In this document: piece after piece, positions 7,489 through 20,275 of the stretch
Layout: every line of letters begins with the position of its first letter
Position numbering within the stretch: position 1 is the stretch's first letter
IMG/VR virus record: IMGVR_UViG_3300022858_001422
Reading direction: 5' to 3' (one strand)
DNA from: an uncultured virus (IMG/VR IMGVR_UViG_3300022858_001422)
Taxonomy: Duplodnaviria; Heunggongvirae; Uroviricota; Caudoviricetes
DNA: 64,000 bases
Program-made: the position numbers and the translations under genes
The notes under the pieces: model-generated
The model's database searches: none
Seen by the model: the letters and a program-made list of their open reading frames with translations, nothing else
Told to the model about the DNA's origin: nothing

Positions 7489-10400
7489 TTAAATTGTGCA
7501 AGAATCGTTCGTACAATATTTTTCCCCAATAGCTTCAGAAGTTACTTTTGAGAAATTAAGTGGTTTCAATTTTTTACTCATAGATTCATAAACTTCTTTT
7601 GTTATTGCTTCATAAGGCATTTGTGGATACGTGCTACTATCAAGTTTTGGAAGAAATGAAACAGCCTTTAATTGGAATTGATAAATATTTAATGCATTCT
7701 TGATATCTTTTTCTTCATCTTTATCAAAAGTAACAGTTATCGAAACACTATTCCCACTCCAGTATTTTTGTGCAAAAGCTGCCAAACCCAATTGTTCCCA
7801 CATAGAAACATCATCAATAGTCCTAACATTTTCTCCAGCAAAAATTGGAAATTCAACCACACTCGTACTGTCTTCTTGCCCAAAAGCAGCTTCAACATTA
7901 TATCCAGCTTTCTTTAAAGATTTTATAAAAGATGAATCATTTGCTAATCTAACTCTTCGGATATAATATTTTGATTCTGGGAAATGAATTCCAGGAGTTG
8001 CGCCTGCTAATAATGATGCCGTTCCAGATGGTTTTATAGTTGTCATTTTTATAGATTCTGGAATAGCAAGCCATTCACTATAAACACGATCATAATATTT
8101 TGCGGTTTTATATCCTTCTTCCATCCATATTTTTAATTCATTCAAATTTCTGTTTGAAATAAATTGCGCAATGCCCGACATTGAAATTCCAATACGTCTA
8201 TTTCTAAGCATAACCCGATTTGTTTCAGGCCAATGAGTATTAAGTAGTGTGATTGATTTCGCATAGAGATAAGCAAATTTCAATGTAGTTTGATAATCTT
8301 CTAAAGATTCATGATGATTTGGGAATGTTTCAACTAAATTGCAAAGTTCTGAAGATTCCAAAGTGATCTCTCCGCAGTTATGAACAACGAATCCATCAAT
8401 TACGCCCCAATGGTTGTCGCCATCTATCGAGAAATCATAGACTGACTCAATTCCATTATCATTTAATTCAATAACAGAAACATACTTGTTTTCATTATCT
8501 TTGTATGGCATCAAGAATTTTCCATCAAGATTCTTTGCCATACATTCTTCACCGTTAATTGTCATAAAGATATGTTCTGGAGTACATTTAATTACTTGAT
8601 TATTAGAAAGTTCTAATTCAATAGTTTCTTTATCTCCAGTTTTGAATATTTTTGCATCTACTATAATTCCATTTTTATCATAAACTTGAACTGTTTTTCC
8701 GTCTAGTGATCCAATTTCTTTATAACCATTTGCTGTAAGAATATTGGAACTATATGTAAAACATGGATTAACTCCTAAAACTCTCCTATCTTTGTTGTTT
8801 CTTTCATCTGAATTCATTCTAGAATATTGTTGTGCATTATCAAGCCAAAGAATTCCTGGTTCTGCATTCACTGCAACACGTTTTGCAATATCACTATAAT
8901 CCATTCCAATATCAGCATAAACAGAATTGTTTGAAGCCCATCCTAAAGATGCTCTATCTGGATTTTTCTCATAATCCTTCAGCTCCATAAATTCTTGATC
9001 ATCATAATCACCAATAAGGATTTCTGCGGAATTGTGAACTAAAAATCCCTGATTACAAATAAACTCATGAATGTTTTCTACTTCTATATCATATGTTTCT
9101 ACGTTTTTTCTGCCATTTTTTACACCTTTTATTTTTACTGGAATTAATTTTGTCGGTAAATTTCTTTCATTAAATTTTTGTAATGTTTGAGGAGTAGATG
9201 TTTTTATTCCAGAATTCTTTAAAAACTGTTTTGAGAATGTAAAATCGTTTCCACTTCTGTTTGTTTTGTTAGTGTTTTTATATTTCAAAGAATATTTCAT
9301 AACAACATTTTCAAAATCAATCTTTGATTTTTCACCAACGATATTTATATTGCAAATAGTTTTCCATCCGTACTTATCTCTATTCTTTGATTTTATTCTT
9401 GTTGGAATTCCAAGAGATGCATATAGTGATTGAACTTCTTTTGCAAATTTTGGATAAACTGTGGCTACAGCTACAGTTGGTCGTGATCGGCTGCTTCCAT
9501 CTGCATCAAAAAGTCCAGCTAAATAACTTGCTCGAATATCTTTTGTTCCTTGTTTGATAAAATCTGGAATTACAATTTCTTTATGTGCTTCTTTGAATTT
9601 TGAGAAATACCAAACCAATTGTTTTGATTGTGAGCTTACTCTTACACATCTATCATTCTTTCTACCATAAGATACTTTTACGTTAGTTACAAATCTTGAA
9701 AGAATTTTTTCTAAAAAATCAACCATATTTAAATAATCTGGCGACATTCCAAAACTTACATATGCATTGAATCCATTTTTATCAAAATTTGGGGCAACAT
9801 ATCCATTTCCATGAAGATTTCCTAATATCCATGAAATATCCTTGTCTAGATCTGGAACAGTAATATCTTGACAGGTTGTTGAATGTTTTGGTTTTTTATA
9901 TTCAAAACTAGGAAGATGTGTCTTCTTTCCTTCTATAATATTTTCTAAAAATACAATGTAGTCGCTAGTCTTTATATCTTTTGCCATTTTCCATTCATAC
10001 TCATATGGAGATTTTAATACTGCCACACGATGATTTGGAGTACATTCAAGATCACCAATCTGTGTATCTAATATAATTGTGTCTTGTAATCCTTGATAAA
10101 CAATATCTTTTACTTTATTGACTCCTTTGCTTGTATAAACACTATTATTTTTAGTAATATCTTCAATTTTTATTAATCCGCTTTTAGTATGTATTAATGT
10201 TCCTTTTGGTAAACACCTGCGAACGTTTCCTGCAACAACAGCTTTTCCAATTGCGTTAAAAATATCTGCAATATTTCTAGAGGAGATTTCTTTACCAATA
10301 GAATCTGTTAAAACAATTTTTACAAATTCATGTAATTCAATCAGCGGTTTACTGCCTGAAGATACACCCCCAAATGTTCTGATAGGTTCTCCGGCTTTAC

Positions 10401-11031
10401 GAATTAAACTATAATCAAATTCGTAATTCTTTTCACTAAAGAAAGAATTGATGAGTAATTGTAAAGATTCCACCCATCCTTCTCTGCTATCTGGAATAAT
10501 AAATTCATGTACTTTGTCATAGGGTTGTTTTACTGTAACTTTTCCAGCGCCTTTTACATCTGCCCCGACTCCTATACCTGACATCAGAAAGTCCATTGCA
10601 TTTGCAAATGGTTTTCCAGGATTTTCACCAATATTTTTTGTGCTTAAAAAACAACAGGAATATAATGCTTCAGCTAATCCTCTTTCTGTAATCAAAGTAG
10701 TTCCCATAGCCCAGAGAGATCGACCAGATGGCAGCATTTTTAAATTAAAAATACGGTCATACATTTCGTGGGCGGAATGTTGAGCCTTTGCTTGATTCCA
10801 TCCTAAATTATAGTCTTCGATATGTTGTCGTTGAATTGAATAAATTCCTTCAACCACTCGTTTTACAGTCTCCCACCACTTCTCGTTTTCACCATCTTCA
10901 TTTAAACGCGAGTAGGTTCTCATAAATACGAATTCTCCCAACCCGTTAAATCCGAAAGGAGGTTTTACCTCTTTATATTTATCTAAGAAGTTTTCAGTAA
11001 GCTGAAAACTTTGTGTCATTGGAAATTTCAC
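7489..11031 (-). CDS. nrdJ: Class II (B12-dependent) ribonucleotide reductase with two inteins
   Basis: [37 protein letters not shown] and C-terminal CTNDSC; about 656 aa after intein removal. Confidence 0.92.
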   Translation of the reverse strand: MKFPMTQSFQLTENFLDKYKEVKPPFGFNGLGEFVFMRTYSRLNEDGENEKWWETVKRVVEGIYSIQRQHIEDYNLGWNQAKAQHSAHEMYDRIFNLKMLPSGRSLWAMGTTLITERGLAEALYSCCFLSTKNIGENPGKPFANAMDFLMSGIGVGADVKGAGKVTVKQPYDKVHEFIIPDSREGWVESLQLLINSFFSEKNYEFDYSLIRKAGEPIRTFGGVSSGSKPLIELHEFVKIVLTDSIGKEISSRNIADIFNAIGKAVVAGNVRRCLPKGTLIHTKSGLIKIEDITKNNSVYTSKGVNKVKDIVYQGLQDTIILDTQIGDLECTPNHRVAVLKSPYEYEWKMAKDIKTSDYIVFLENIIEGKKTHLPSFEYKKPKHSTTCQDITVPDLDKDISWILGNLHGNGYVAPNFDKNGFNAYVSFGMSPDYLNMVDFLEKILSRFVTNVKVSYGRKNDRCVRVSSQSKQLVWYFSKFKEAHKEIVIPDFIKQGTKDIRASYLAGLFDADGSSRSRPTVAVATVYPKFAKEVQSLYASLGIPTRIKSKNRDKYGWKTICNINIVGEKSKIDFENVVMKYSLKYKNTNKTNRSGNDFTFSKQFLKNSGIKTSTPQTLQKFNERNLPTKLIPVKIKGVKNGRKNVETYDIEVENIHEFICNQGFLVHNSAEILIGDYDDQEFMELKDYEKNPDRASLGWASNNSVYADIGMDYSDIAKRVAVNAEPGILWLDNAQQYSRMNSDERNNKDRRVLGVNPCFTYSSNILTANGYKEIGSLDGKTVQVYDKNGIIVDAKIFKTGDKETIELELSNNQVIKCTPEHIFMTINGEECMAKNLDGKFLMPYKDNENKYVSVIELNDNGIESVYDFSIDGDNHWGVIDGFVVHNCGEITLESSELCNLVETFPNHHESLEDYQTTLKFAYLYAKSITLLNTHWPETNRVMLRNRRIGISMSGIAQFISNRNLNELKIWMEEGYKTAKYYDRVYSEWLAIPESIKMTTIKPSGTASLLAGATPGIHFPESKYYIRRVRLANDSSFIKSLKKAGYNVEAAFGQEDSTSVVEFPIFAGENVRTIDDVSMWEQLGLAAFAQKYWSGNSVSITVTFDKDEEKDIKNALNIYQFQLKAVSFLPKLDSSTYPQMPYEAITKEVYESMSKKLKPLNFSKVTSEAIGEKYCTNDSCTI
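8377..8763 (-). mobile_element. Mini-intein (129 aa)
   Basis: Starts CFTYSSNIL, block B CTPEH, ends GFVVHN|C; splits the NPCGE active-site motif. Confidence 0.9.
9031..10215 (-). mobile_element. Intein with LAGLIDADG endonuclease (395 aa)
   Basis: Starts [10 protein letters not shown], ends GFLVHN|S; internal LGNLHGNG and LAGLFDADG blocks. Confidence 0.92.
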
Positions 11032-11044
11032 TTATAACGCCTCC

Positions 11045-11575
11045 TTAGTCGTATGCTTTCAATATTAATACAATCTCTTTTACAGTTTCTTCAATGGGTC
11101 TATCGTTATCAATTACGTGTTTCACCTCGCTTTCTATTCCCTGGAATACTCCTTGATCTGAGAAAATTCGTCTAAACATTTCCATCAAATTATCCCCTCT
11201 ATCACACATTCGTTTCAGGCGAACACGTTCTGGAACGTCAATAAAAAATGATACCATGGGGAAATTATTATCTTCAGCAATTTTCTTGAGCTGTCGAAAT
11301 CCAAAAGGTTCTACAACCGCAATTCCATTGTCCTCAATATCATTTTTTGCAATACCATAGAACCAACCGTTGTAACAAGTCGATTCTCCGAAAAAATCAT
11401 TTTTCTTGAGATTCTCAAATTCTTCTTTGGTAATAAAGTGATAATCTCTGTGATTCAACTCATTATTTCTAATTGGGCGTGAGGTGTAAGAAATGATATT
11501 GCTACATCCTTCTTTAACTAATAGTTTCTCAATTGTAGATTTTCCAGCAGCGGAGCATCCAACTAAGATGATCAT
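11045..11575 (-). CDS. gmk: Guanylate kinase-like protein
   Basis: GCSAAGKS P-loop, SYTSRPIRNNE, DYHF, YNGWFYG. Confidence 0.88.
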   Translation of the reverse strand: MIILVGCSAAGKSTIEKLLVKEGCSNIISYTSRPIRNNELNHRDYHFITKEEFENLKKNDFFGESTCYNGWFYGIAKNDIEDNGIAVVEPFGFRQLKKIAEDNNFPMVSFFIDVPERVRLKRMCDRGDNLMEMFRRIFSDQGVFQGIESEVKHVIDNDRPIEETVKEIVLILKAYD

Positions 11576-12141
11576 TAAATTCTACCTTCCATTATATCCA
11601 TAAAGTGAGACCATCCGTTAATACGAACCATATTATTTCGCATATCCGAAGATGTGTATTTCTTATTCCATGGCTTAGTAAACAACATTCCCAATCCGTT
11701 GAAATAATGAACATTATCAAAATTATCGTCAATGATCATATCGGCAATAATCAAACTTTTATCACTGGCAACAACCAGGTCGTCCTTATCTTCGATGAAC
11801 CCATGGTCTTTTAACCACCCAAATTTGACATTCATGGGGTCATTGGCAGTTACATAGATGATTCTGCTATTATGTTCTCGCATGTAGTTGACAGCCTCAA
11901 GAGCGCCTTCAACTGGTTTTGCTTTACTAAAAACTCGTGGTTTGTGGACGAAATCATAGATGGCCGATTTTGCTTCTGGTTTTACGAAATCAGAAATTTT
12001 CCATTCTGTGATAGATTCTTCTTTTAGATTGTCGTCAAACTTTCGATTGTACGAATTGAGCCAGGATTCAATGAGGTTAAGAATCACGTCATCGCAATCA
12101 ACGGCTACAGTTCTCTTATAACGATTTTGATTTGCACTCAT
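11575..12141 (-). CDS. 5'(3')-deoxyribonucleotidase (HAD family)
   Basis: VDCDDV, YVTA, DKSLI..DMIIDD, FTKPWN. Confidence 0.85.
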   Translation of the reverse strand: MSANQNRYKRTVAVDCDDVILNLIESWLNSYNRKFDDNLKEESITEWKISDFVKPEAKSAIYDFVHKPRVFSKAKPVEGALEAVNYMREHNSRIIYVTANDPMNVKFGWLKDHGFIEDKDDLVVASDKSLIIADMIIDDNFDNVHYFNGLGMLFTKPWNKKYTSSDMRNNMVRINGWSHFMDIMEGRI

Positions 12142-12326
12142 AAAGCGTATCCTTTAACTCTTCAGTAATAAATTTTTGATCGATCTCATCAAGTTTGTCC
12201 CAATATTCTTTGAAATTATTATCTAAATTTCGCCATACTTCTATAATGGCTTTTATTTCGTTTCCAATCATTTTATCAAATCCTCCTTTTTCAGACATAT
12301 TTAATTCTTTTTGTTTTAAAATTGTT

Positions 12327-12806
12327 TTACTCACAATATTTTAAAAGACACTTTTCAGCAATAAATCTATATATTTCAATTGTTTCACTATCATAAATAT
12401 CATTAGGAATTACTTCAGTCATTATTTGTTTTTCCATATTGATAGAATATAAATCTATTCCTACGGCAGCCGCAGCCATTCTAACATCTAATTGAGCTTT
12501 ACCTACAAAAACTAGCATCATTCTAATATTGTTTACATAAGATGTGTTTAGCGTACTGTCTATCATTGCTAAAGATAAACTTAATCCCATTTGATACTTC
12601 AAAATTTGACCAATATCTTTCATTACTGGTGAAACATTTTTAAGTTCAACAATTGAAAAAATTTTATTGGTATCAATTCCCAATAGATCAATTTTTCCAA
12701 CTGGAAATTCAAATTGTCTATGTATCCATTTCTCCATTCCTAAATATTCTGGATGATTAAAAAAATAAGTTTCTAAATCTTTTTCTAAGAATTTTTTTGA
12801 ATTCAT
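12327..12806 (-). CDS. PD-(D/E)XK nuclease, NucS C-terminal-like
   Basis: LEKDLE...GKIDLLGID...IVELK...GQILKY. Confidence 0.65.
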   Translation of the reverse strand: MNSKKFLEKDLETYFFNHPEYLGMEKWIHRQFEFPVGKIDLLGIDTNKIFSIVELKNVSPVMKDIGQILKYQMGLSLSLAMIDSTLNTSYVNNIRMMLVFVGKAQLDVRMAAAAVGIDLYSINMEKQIMTEVIPNDIYDSETIEIYRFIAEKCLLKYCE

Positions 12807-13516
12807 TTTTTTACCTCAAAATCAATTACCCAAACCCAAGGATTCTTATCCCAACCAAATCCTTTCTTTGCATACTCTTCTTCCCACACTTTTGAGAATT
12901 CCGTTGTCTCTGTAGGAATAAATGTCACACCATCTCCCCAGTCATAAGAAGGCCTTCCAACACCTTCTGCTTTTGCATCCTCTTCTGTAATGTCCTGCAA
13001 TCTCTCAACCCTTACATTCTTTACAGAAAGTTGAATACGGCTTGCCCAGCGTGGCATGTGAACAGCAAGTCTCCAACGTGTGGGAGCATTTGTAATATCA
13101 AAACTATAGCAACCATCCGCATCTGTTTCCAATCGAGCTATCTCACAATCTCTATTACACTCCTTTGCATACTGATAGTACCTGTCTTCATCATAATCAT
13201 AGCCGCAGCTGTAATCTTCTCCTTCAGACATATCCTGTTTATATTGAAGAGTGTAAGGCTCTCCTTCATACCAACTAACAATTCTCCAAGCCTCTCTCAC
13301 CCAGAGTTCATTTTCTTCACCATAGGTTGCATAGGGACATTTGACTTCCATACCTCCGTTGACTGCCCAGAAATCATATTTTCCTGATTCAGTATTCCAT
13401 GCTCCTTCAACATAATCTGGCGGTTGTGGCTTTACTGGCCTCCGAAACTGTGTCTTTCGTCCTGCGAGCGTAGCTCTCACCTCATCAGATGTAAATATTA
13501 CTGAATGTTCTTTCAT
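12803..13516 (-). CDS. Conserved phage protein (ASCH/PUA-like family)
   Basis: GRKTQFRR, LWVREAW, HMPRWASRI, VERLQDITEEDAKAEG, NPWVWVIDF. Confidence 0.7.
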   Translation of the reverse strand: MKEHSVIFTSDEVRATLAGRKTQFRRPVKPQPPDYVEGAWNTESGKYDFWAVNGGMEVKCPYATYGEENELWVREAWRIVSWYEGEPYTLQYKQDMSEGEDYSCGYDYDEDRYYQYAKECNRDCEIARLETDADGCYSFDITNAPTRWRLAVHMPRWASRIQLSVKNVRVERLQDITEEDAKAEGVGRPSYDWGDGVTFIPTETTEFSKVWEEEYAKKGFGWDKNPWVWVIDFEVKK

Positions 13517-13592
13517 TATTCTCCTTTAAAAACATATGAAATAACTCTTTTGTGATGTTTTTCAAAAAATTATTCTTGATCATTCATTATGT

Positions 13593-16500
13593 TCAATTTT
13601 TTAGATTTTTGATAATCTCAATATCTCTAGCAAGTTTAATATTTTGTGTTTCGATGACAGTATTTAATTCTGTCAAGTCTTGTTCGTGGCAATCACGCTC
13701 TTCTGTGAGATTATTAGTATTGGTACGATGTATAATTTTATGTATTTCGATGATTGCATTCTGAAATTCAATACGTTTCTGTGCTTGATTATATATATCC
13801 GCAATGTTTTTGTATGCTTTCTGAAGTTTTATATACTCCGTATTCTGCCATTCACAAGTGTTTTTGTATTCATCCCGCTCTTTTTTTAAATCTTTAACTT
13901 GTTTCCATAAAAATCCATTATTTTTCATTTTATTTCCTTTATTTTACCACAATATATTTGCTGAACCACTCCATATACCAGTTCTTTTTAATTGAAACTT
14001 TCTCCATGGAATGACTGTAGAACTGGTTTTATAGAGAGAATATTTCGTGTAATCAGATAGCAGTTTTTTTACATATACATTACATAAATTATATGATGAT
14101 ATAGTATACATTTATTTCTCCCTTTATTTTGCTACAAAAATAGTTGTTTTGTTTGTAATTCAACTGTCCGAAATTATCGGACAACTCGTTTTGAACTATT
14201 CGGTATTTCCGAACAGTTCAATCAATCACATAAAATTAGTTTTTTTATGATGTTTTTATAAATATTTGTGAGTATTCAACAATTGTTCGATATTTTTCTT
14301 GTTACGCTTTGTATCTGCCAAAACATAATCGCCATTTTCAAGTGATAAATGCTTATATTTATCTAGACTAACTGAGACAATGTATTTTATGTTGACTGCC
14401 ACAATGTTTGTTTCGGTTGAATCTTCAACATCAAATTCTAAAAATTGATCTTTATTCATTGTTTTTCTCCTATCGAAACACTTCCTTCTAATTTACATTC
14501 AATGTCTTCGATCAATTCATTCATTCCGTTTAACATAAGCCATTTTTTATCTTTTTCTTTTACTTTATAATCTAGAAATTTAATAATTTGTCTAATATTT
14601 TTTAAAGAATGAAGAAGATTTCCGAAATCATAAGATAATTCATTAATATTACCAAATTTTTCAACGTATGCTGTTTTAATGATATTTTCAATACCTTCTT
14701 TATCTGAAATATACATTTCTTCTAATTTTTCAAGAGACCCTCTAGGAGTATAATTTTTTTCCCATCGTTTTCCAAACAGGTATTTTCCAAACGCTTTTGC
14801 ATAACGAATCCCGCTATGTGTTGAGTTAGACCACTCTTTTTTTATATCATATCTGTCTAAACTATTGAAAGTAAATCCTATTTTTTTCATGTATTCAGAT
14901 AAAATAAATTTTCGAGCAAGTTCTTGATTATACTGGTAGAATGTTTTTTTGTCTTTATTGCTATAGTTTCTTTCACTAATTCCAGCCAAAAACATGTTTA
15001 CAATATATGGATTATTTTTGCTGCTATCTTTTATATTGACAATGCTTACTTCGATAGGTTCACTAATAATTTGAACTTGTTTATAAATTGAATTCCAGGT
15101 GTGAATGAATTTTTTATATGTATATTCTTCATCAATATTATCACCCCAATGAGGAGTACCATACTCATCACAGTATACAACAGGTTGTAACAAATCATGT
15201 TTCTGAGATTCATAATCTTTCACAGAAAGTTTATTTTCATTTTCATCCTGATAATAATTTATAAATTTACTAATGGTGACTAATCTAACATCGTTTTCAT
15301 TTTCAACAGGAATATTCTTATAGCTATAATTTGCATCAACTACTACAATTTCATCGTCAATTTTATATGTTCCAGAACCCAATGAAATATATTTAATGTT
15401 ATCATCTATAATTGTAACATCTTTACTCATTCTTACTCCTTATATTTTACCACAGAAATATAGTTTTTGGTGGTAAAAAAAACAAATATTATTTATTCCA
15501 TCTCTCTGAGTCGTTTTGCAACAGATACAAGACGGGCAGCTTCTTTTGCATTATCTTCGATAAATGATTCTAAAATTTCAATGTGAGCATCCAGGCTTTC
15601 GTTCAGTTCTTCCATCTCTGCAAGTTCGTGTTCAAGTTGTTTGATTCGTTTTCTCCGCATCATTCCTCTCCTTCAATCCAAGGCGCGTTCGGCCATGGGT
15701 CTCCCGTTACTTTCGCGTCTGAAAGTAAATCATGGGATTCCATAGCTTCCTTTTCTGTTTCACGATATTGTGATTTATAACCGCAGGTGCATTCGAAACA
15801 ATATCCATAAACCTCTTTGGATAGGCGGAGATCTTTACCGCAGTTAGGAAAAGGACACTGGATTGGTTTTTCTGCTTCTAGCTGTGCAATTCTAGCAGTC
15901 AACTTGTCGAATTCTGCGATGATGTCTTTTTCGTAATCGTCGGTTTGTTCTTTATACATCTGATAATTATCATAATTATCATTATTATCATCATACATTT
16001 GCCAATGTTGTGATGCTGAAATCAAATAAAATACTTTTAACTTAAATTCGTTTCTGTTCACTTTGTCTTCCTTTTATAGTGTCCCTTAATTTAGTTCATA
16101 TTTACACAACGTCATGGGACATTAGAGTTAACTTTGTGTAAATTGAAGTGTATAATCTACTATACACTACGTTTTGAAGTGTAATATTTTTAGCTGTTTT
16201 TAATACACTTCGTTTTAATGTTTATTAAAACTGCCTTCTGTGTTGAATAACTGTAAATATTCTATGGTTGGATGACGCAAAATATTTATTTTTCATTTTT
16301 ACATTCCTTTTATAATCACATAAAATTAGCCTTTTATGTTGTTTTTATTCCTTAAGTTTCTTGATAAAAAATATAATCTTAATTTTTATACCACTATAAA
16401 AGTCTTCAAATCTATAAGCAATTTTTTCAAAATTTCCATTAAAAAGATTTTCACCAAAAATTTTAATGCAATACATAGTTGCAAATCCCATTAATTCATA

Positions 16501-19500
16501 AATAAACGGTGAACATACTAGCCACCAAGACCAGTCAACTGCATTAATTACTTTCAAAAACATAAATAAAATTCCTAGTAAAATAACTTCTACTATTTTT
16601 GTGGGATCTTTTACATCTAATTTAATTTTCATTTTTTATTCCTTTGCAAATATCACAATTGCAATCATTGATAAATTGATATTCTGGAGTAAACTCATCG
16701 CCAAGTTCGTCTGTGGTGTACTGAAATCCTGCATCTAAAGCGTTTTGGTAAGTAATAGGCTTATCGTCTAATCCAGGAAGTCTCTTAGCGTTTAGAGACA
16801 GAAAATCAGATCCAAACCATGAAGCCACTTCAACCTTTGCTTTTCCTGTTGTTTTTGCATGTACTAAAGTTACCCATTCATCAAATCTATCCTCAACAAT
16901 CCATGCTTTCATCATACCACCTCACTCCCGATGGATTGGATTGGTTCTCCGAGAACGCAGCCGAAGTCTTCTGGCACAAGCATTCCCTCTAGCGGACATT
17001 TTTCTTTTTCGCATCTGATAGCGCCTTCTGGTGCTGTCCCTTCAATGTGCCACCCATCAGCGTCTACCGAGAATCTACATTCTTCGCACCGCACCTGCCC
17101 CCACTTCTCAGCGGTAAGGCGGTCAAACTCGGCAAGCAGTTTTTCTTCAGCAACGTCTTTTTCATCGTTAGCATCTATTTTTCCGAAGTAACCGCATCCA
17201 TGAGAATAACCGATACCTTCTGCACTTTTTATTGCATTGTTCAATAATTCCTCAAATGCTTCTCTGTTCATTTTAATTTCCTCTAATCTATTTTGAATTT
17301 TTATTTTTTCAAAAACAACATAAAATCAACTTTTTATGTGGTTTTTAATGCTTAAAATTTACACCTGTAAAATCAGTTATACATTCCATAATTTTAGTAT
17401 AAGATTCCGTGAGTTCTTTCTCTTTTTCTTCATCTTCTTTTGCAATTTGAAGTGCAAAATCACAGATTAGATGACTTGCATATCCAGTAGAAATTTCATT
17501 TGTAATAAGATTTTTTCTATCTGTTGCTCGATCCCATAATCCAGGCGATTCATAAATTATCTCATTTTGTTTTAAAGTCCATTGTTTATTACTTTCACAA
17601 ATTACTTTTACTTTTTCATATAATGTTTTTTCAATCACGGGAGGTGAAGACAATTCATCTGCAAGCCAGTGCTCAACATGACCATTTTCGTTGAAACCTA
17701 AAACGTGATTTCCCCAGGTAATCAAACCATCTTTTGCAAGAGGAAATTTGACAGGTGTTTCAATAACAGGAGGTTTCGGTGCTTCTTCGCCTTCGCGCCA
17801 TTCCATTACATGAGATGGCTGGTGCGCTTTAGCCCATTCAGAGGCGTGATCAGGATTCCATGAAAAATAACAATTGTGGTTAACGCTTGCTAGCCATTCT
17901 TCAACATTGCCATCACGTAACGCCCACACACTTTCACAAATCATAAACTTCTTCAATCCCTCTTCTGCGGTCATCCACTTGCGAGCAGGTTTTGCATTAC
18001 TCTGCCAATTATCACAGGACGGAAGGGGTAGACATCTAACATCCCAAGATTTTGATTCCATTGGGAGATAACCTGCGTCTTCCATAAGATGTCTCACTGC
18101 TTTTACAGCATTGTCATCAACTTCAAAATATTCATAACCATCATATTTGTTTCCGTTTAACAATATTTTTATGTTATGTTTCATTTTTACATTCCTTTAT
18201 AATTCTTTCAATTATAATAATAATTTGTTTTCTATTAATTATGTTTGTTTCAGTAGCCTCTTGTTTTTCTTCTTTAGTTCTATCTTCTCTATGTGCACCT
18301 GCAAGATAAGAGTTAAAAACCATATTGCTTATACGTTGATTGATTTCCCATTCATCTTCTATTTTCATTTTTCCTCATTTTCAAATATCATAATTGGTTC
18401 TTCAACACCATGTCCACAACAGGCACTTGAAACGCCTTCAATATAACCTAGACAAGCATCGTATCCTTCTGGTGTTGGCATTTTCCCGCATTTGGCGCAA
18501 GGTCGGTCACGATCGGTTATATCGTTATTATCTTCATATCGCCAGACAGTATCATCAAAATAAATTACATGCCCCCTGGTGTTACTTTTTGCACTCATTC
18601 AAACCTCTCCTTATAGTAGTTTAGGCTGCTCACCGCGCAACTTCCTTACCAGCGCCCACAAACATTCGATGCACAGCCCGCCGCGCAGGTCTTTACGATA
18701 GCATAGGGTGTGACAGTTGGAACAGGGGGTGCAGGGTGATGAGGGTTTCATTCTATACTCCAATCATCTGTTCTCGGAGCTCCACAGGCAGCACAATTAC
18801 CAACGCTGTCATTTCTGGTATAACCATTGCACCAACGACACATGAATACATCCTTCGGCTTGCTCCGCTCCGTCCATTCTGTGACATATACCTTTTCAAC
18901 TACAACAGGTCTACAACGTACAACTGTTCTGTATTCATAAGAATCTGTCATAGAGTTTTCGTGTCTGTCTGTTTTTTTATTTACAACAATCCAATTGCCA
19001 TCCGGAACCTGAGAAATGCTTTTCCATAAACATTCTTTTTCATTTTCTTGAACTTTATGTATTACAAATTTCTCAGCATCACCATAATGATGATCTAAAA
19101 TTCTCTTGTCTACGGTAAACATTCCGGCATAGTCCTTGATTTCACTCATTCAAAACTCTCCTTCGTTTTCATATCCAACCCCTCCATCCAATCTAACGTG
19201 TATTCCCGCCCGAATTCCTCACACTTCATCCGCCAGGCTTGACATCGTCCGCTATAACCTCGTTCGTGGAATTCGCGGTGGCACTCTACACACAAGTATA
19301 GCAGGTTCTCCGGCTCAACAATAATTTGCACTCCTCACAAACAAAAGTGCCATTTTCTTGCTCCTCCATAGCCAGCCGACAAAACGGACACATGACATAT
19401 AACGGTTTTATTTTCTCCAAATTATCTGGAGCGAAATTGTGAGATTTTTTTTCATGACCGTCTTGATAAACCATCGGATCATCAAAAGCAACGATGATTG

Positions 19501-20164
19501 GTAAATTTCTATTTGATGGATGGATTGCAGTAATGATTCCAGTTTCTGTGGTTCTGAAGAAAGTAAAATCCACCCCTTCAGACACTACCCGAACATGGTC
19601 TCCAATCCGCAAATCTTCGAATTTTGTTTCTGACTTTGTAATATTCATTTCATTCTCCTTGTACTGTTTCCATTTTGGAAATAGTTCAGTGTCAATAATG
19701 CCTGTTATACTCACTAAACTTTATTTCTGCACACATCACAATTGCAATAATTTGTAAAATCTTCTGGGCGTAAATAATATTCACTCTGATTAGGATCATA
19801 GAGGCCCTCCTCGTCTGTGTATCTGAATCCGGCTTCTTTGGCGTTTTCATACGTGAATGGTTTATCATCTTTTTCTTGAAACCTCATAAAATTCAGATTT
19901 TATGCGATTTTCAATAGTCGTTTTAACTAATCATTCATTATGTTTTAATTTTTCAAAAAAAGCCTCTTTATTACCAGGAGCAAAATTTCTGATTCTAAAG
20001 CGTTTATTATCTAATTTTCTAAATTTTTCAATAATTTCCATCCGAATTTTTTTAATTCTTTCATCCGCAATATTTAATTTTACATCATCGCAATCATCAA
20101 AGCAAACATAAGCCCAAGAAACCGCATGTTCTAACTGGTCTAATAATTCGATAAGTTCCTTCAT
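13593..20164 (-). other. Accessory tract 1: many small hypothetical ORFs (about 45-325 aa), several with CxxC motifs
   Basis: Densely packed - strand ORFs with GGAG RBSs, no recognisable functions; punctuated by palindromic sites. Confidence 0.7.
19714..19887 (-). pseudogene. 5'-truncated paralog of 16622-16915
   Basis: MRFQEKDDKPFTYENAKEAGFRYTDEEG...CNCDVC aligns to the C-terminal half of 16622-16915. Its ATG is the arm of the palindromic site and has no RBS. Confidence 0.65.
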
Positions 20165-20188
20165 TTTTTATTCTCCTTTACATACTTA

Positions 20189-20217
20189 ATATTAGCACAC
20201 TTCGCCTAAAAAGTCAA
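20189..20217 (-). promoter_or_regulatory. Sigma70-type promoter
   Basis: TTGACT-17 nt-TAATAT with TG extension, upstream of RBS and accessory tract 1. Confidence 0.75.
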
Positions 20218-20275
20218 GGTTTTAAACAAATACAACTGCACTAATTTCAGATACAAGATTAGCACAGTTGTAAAG

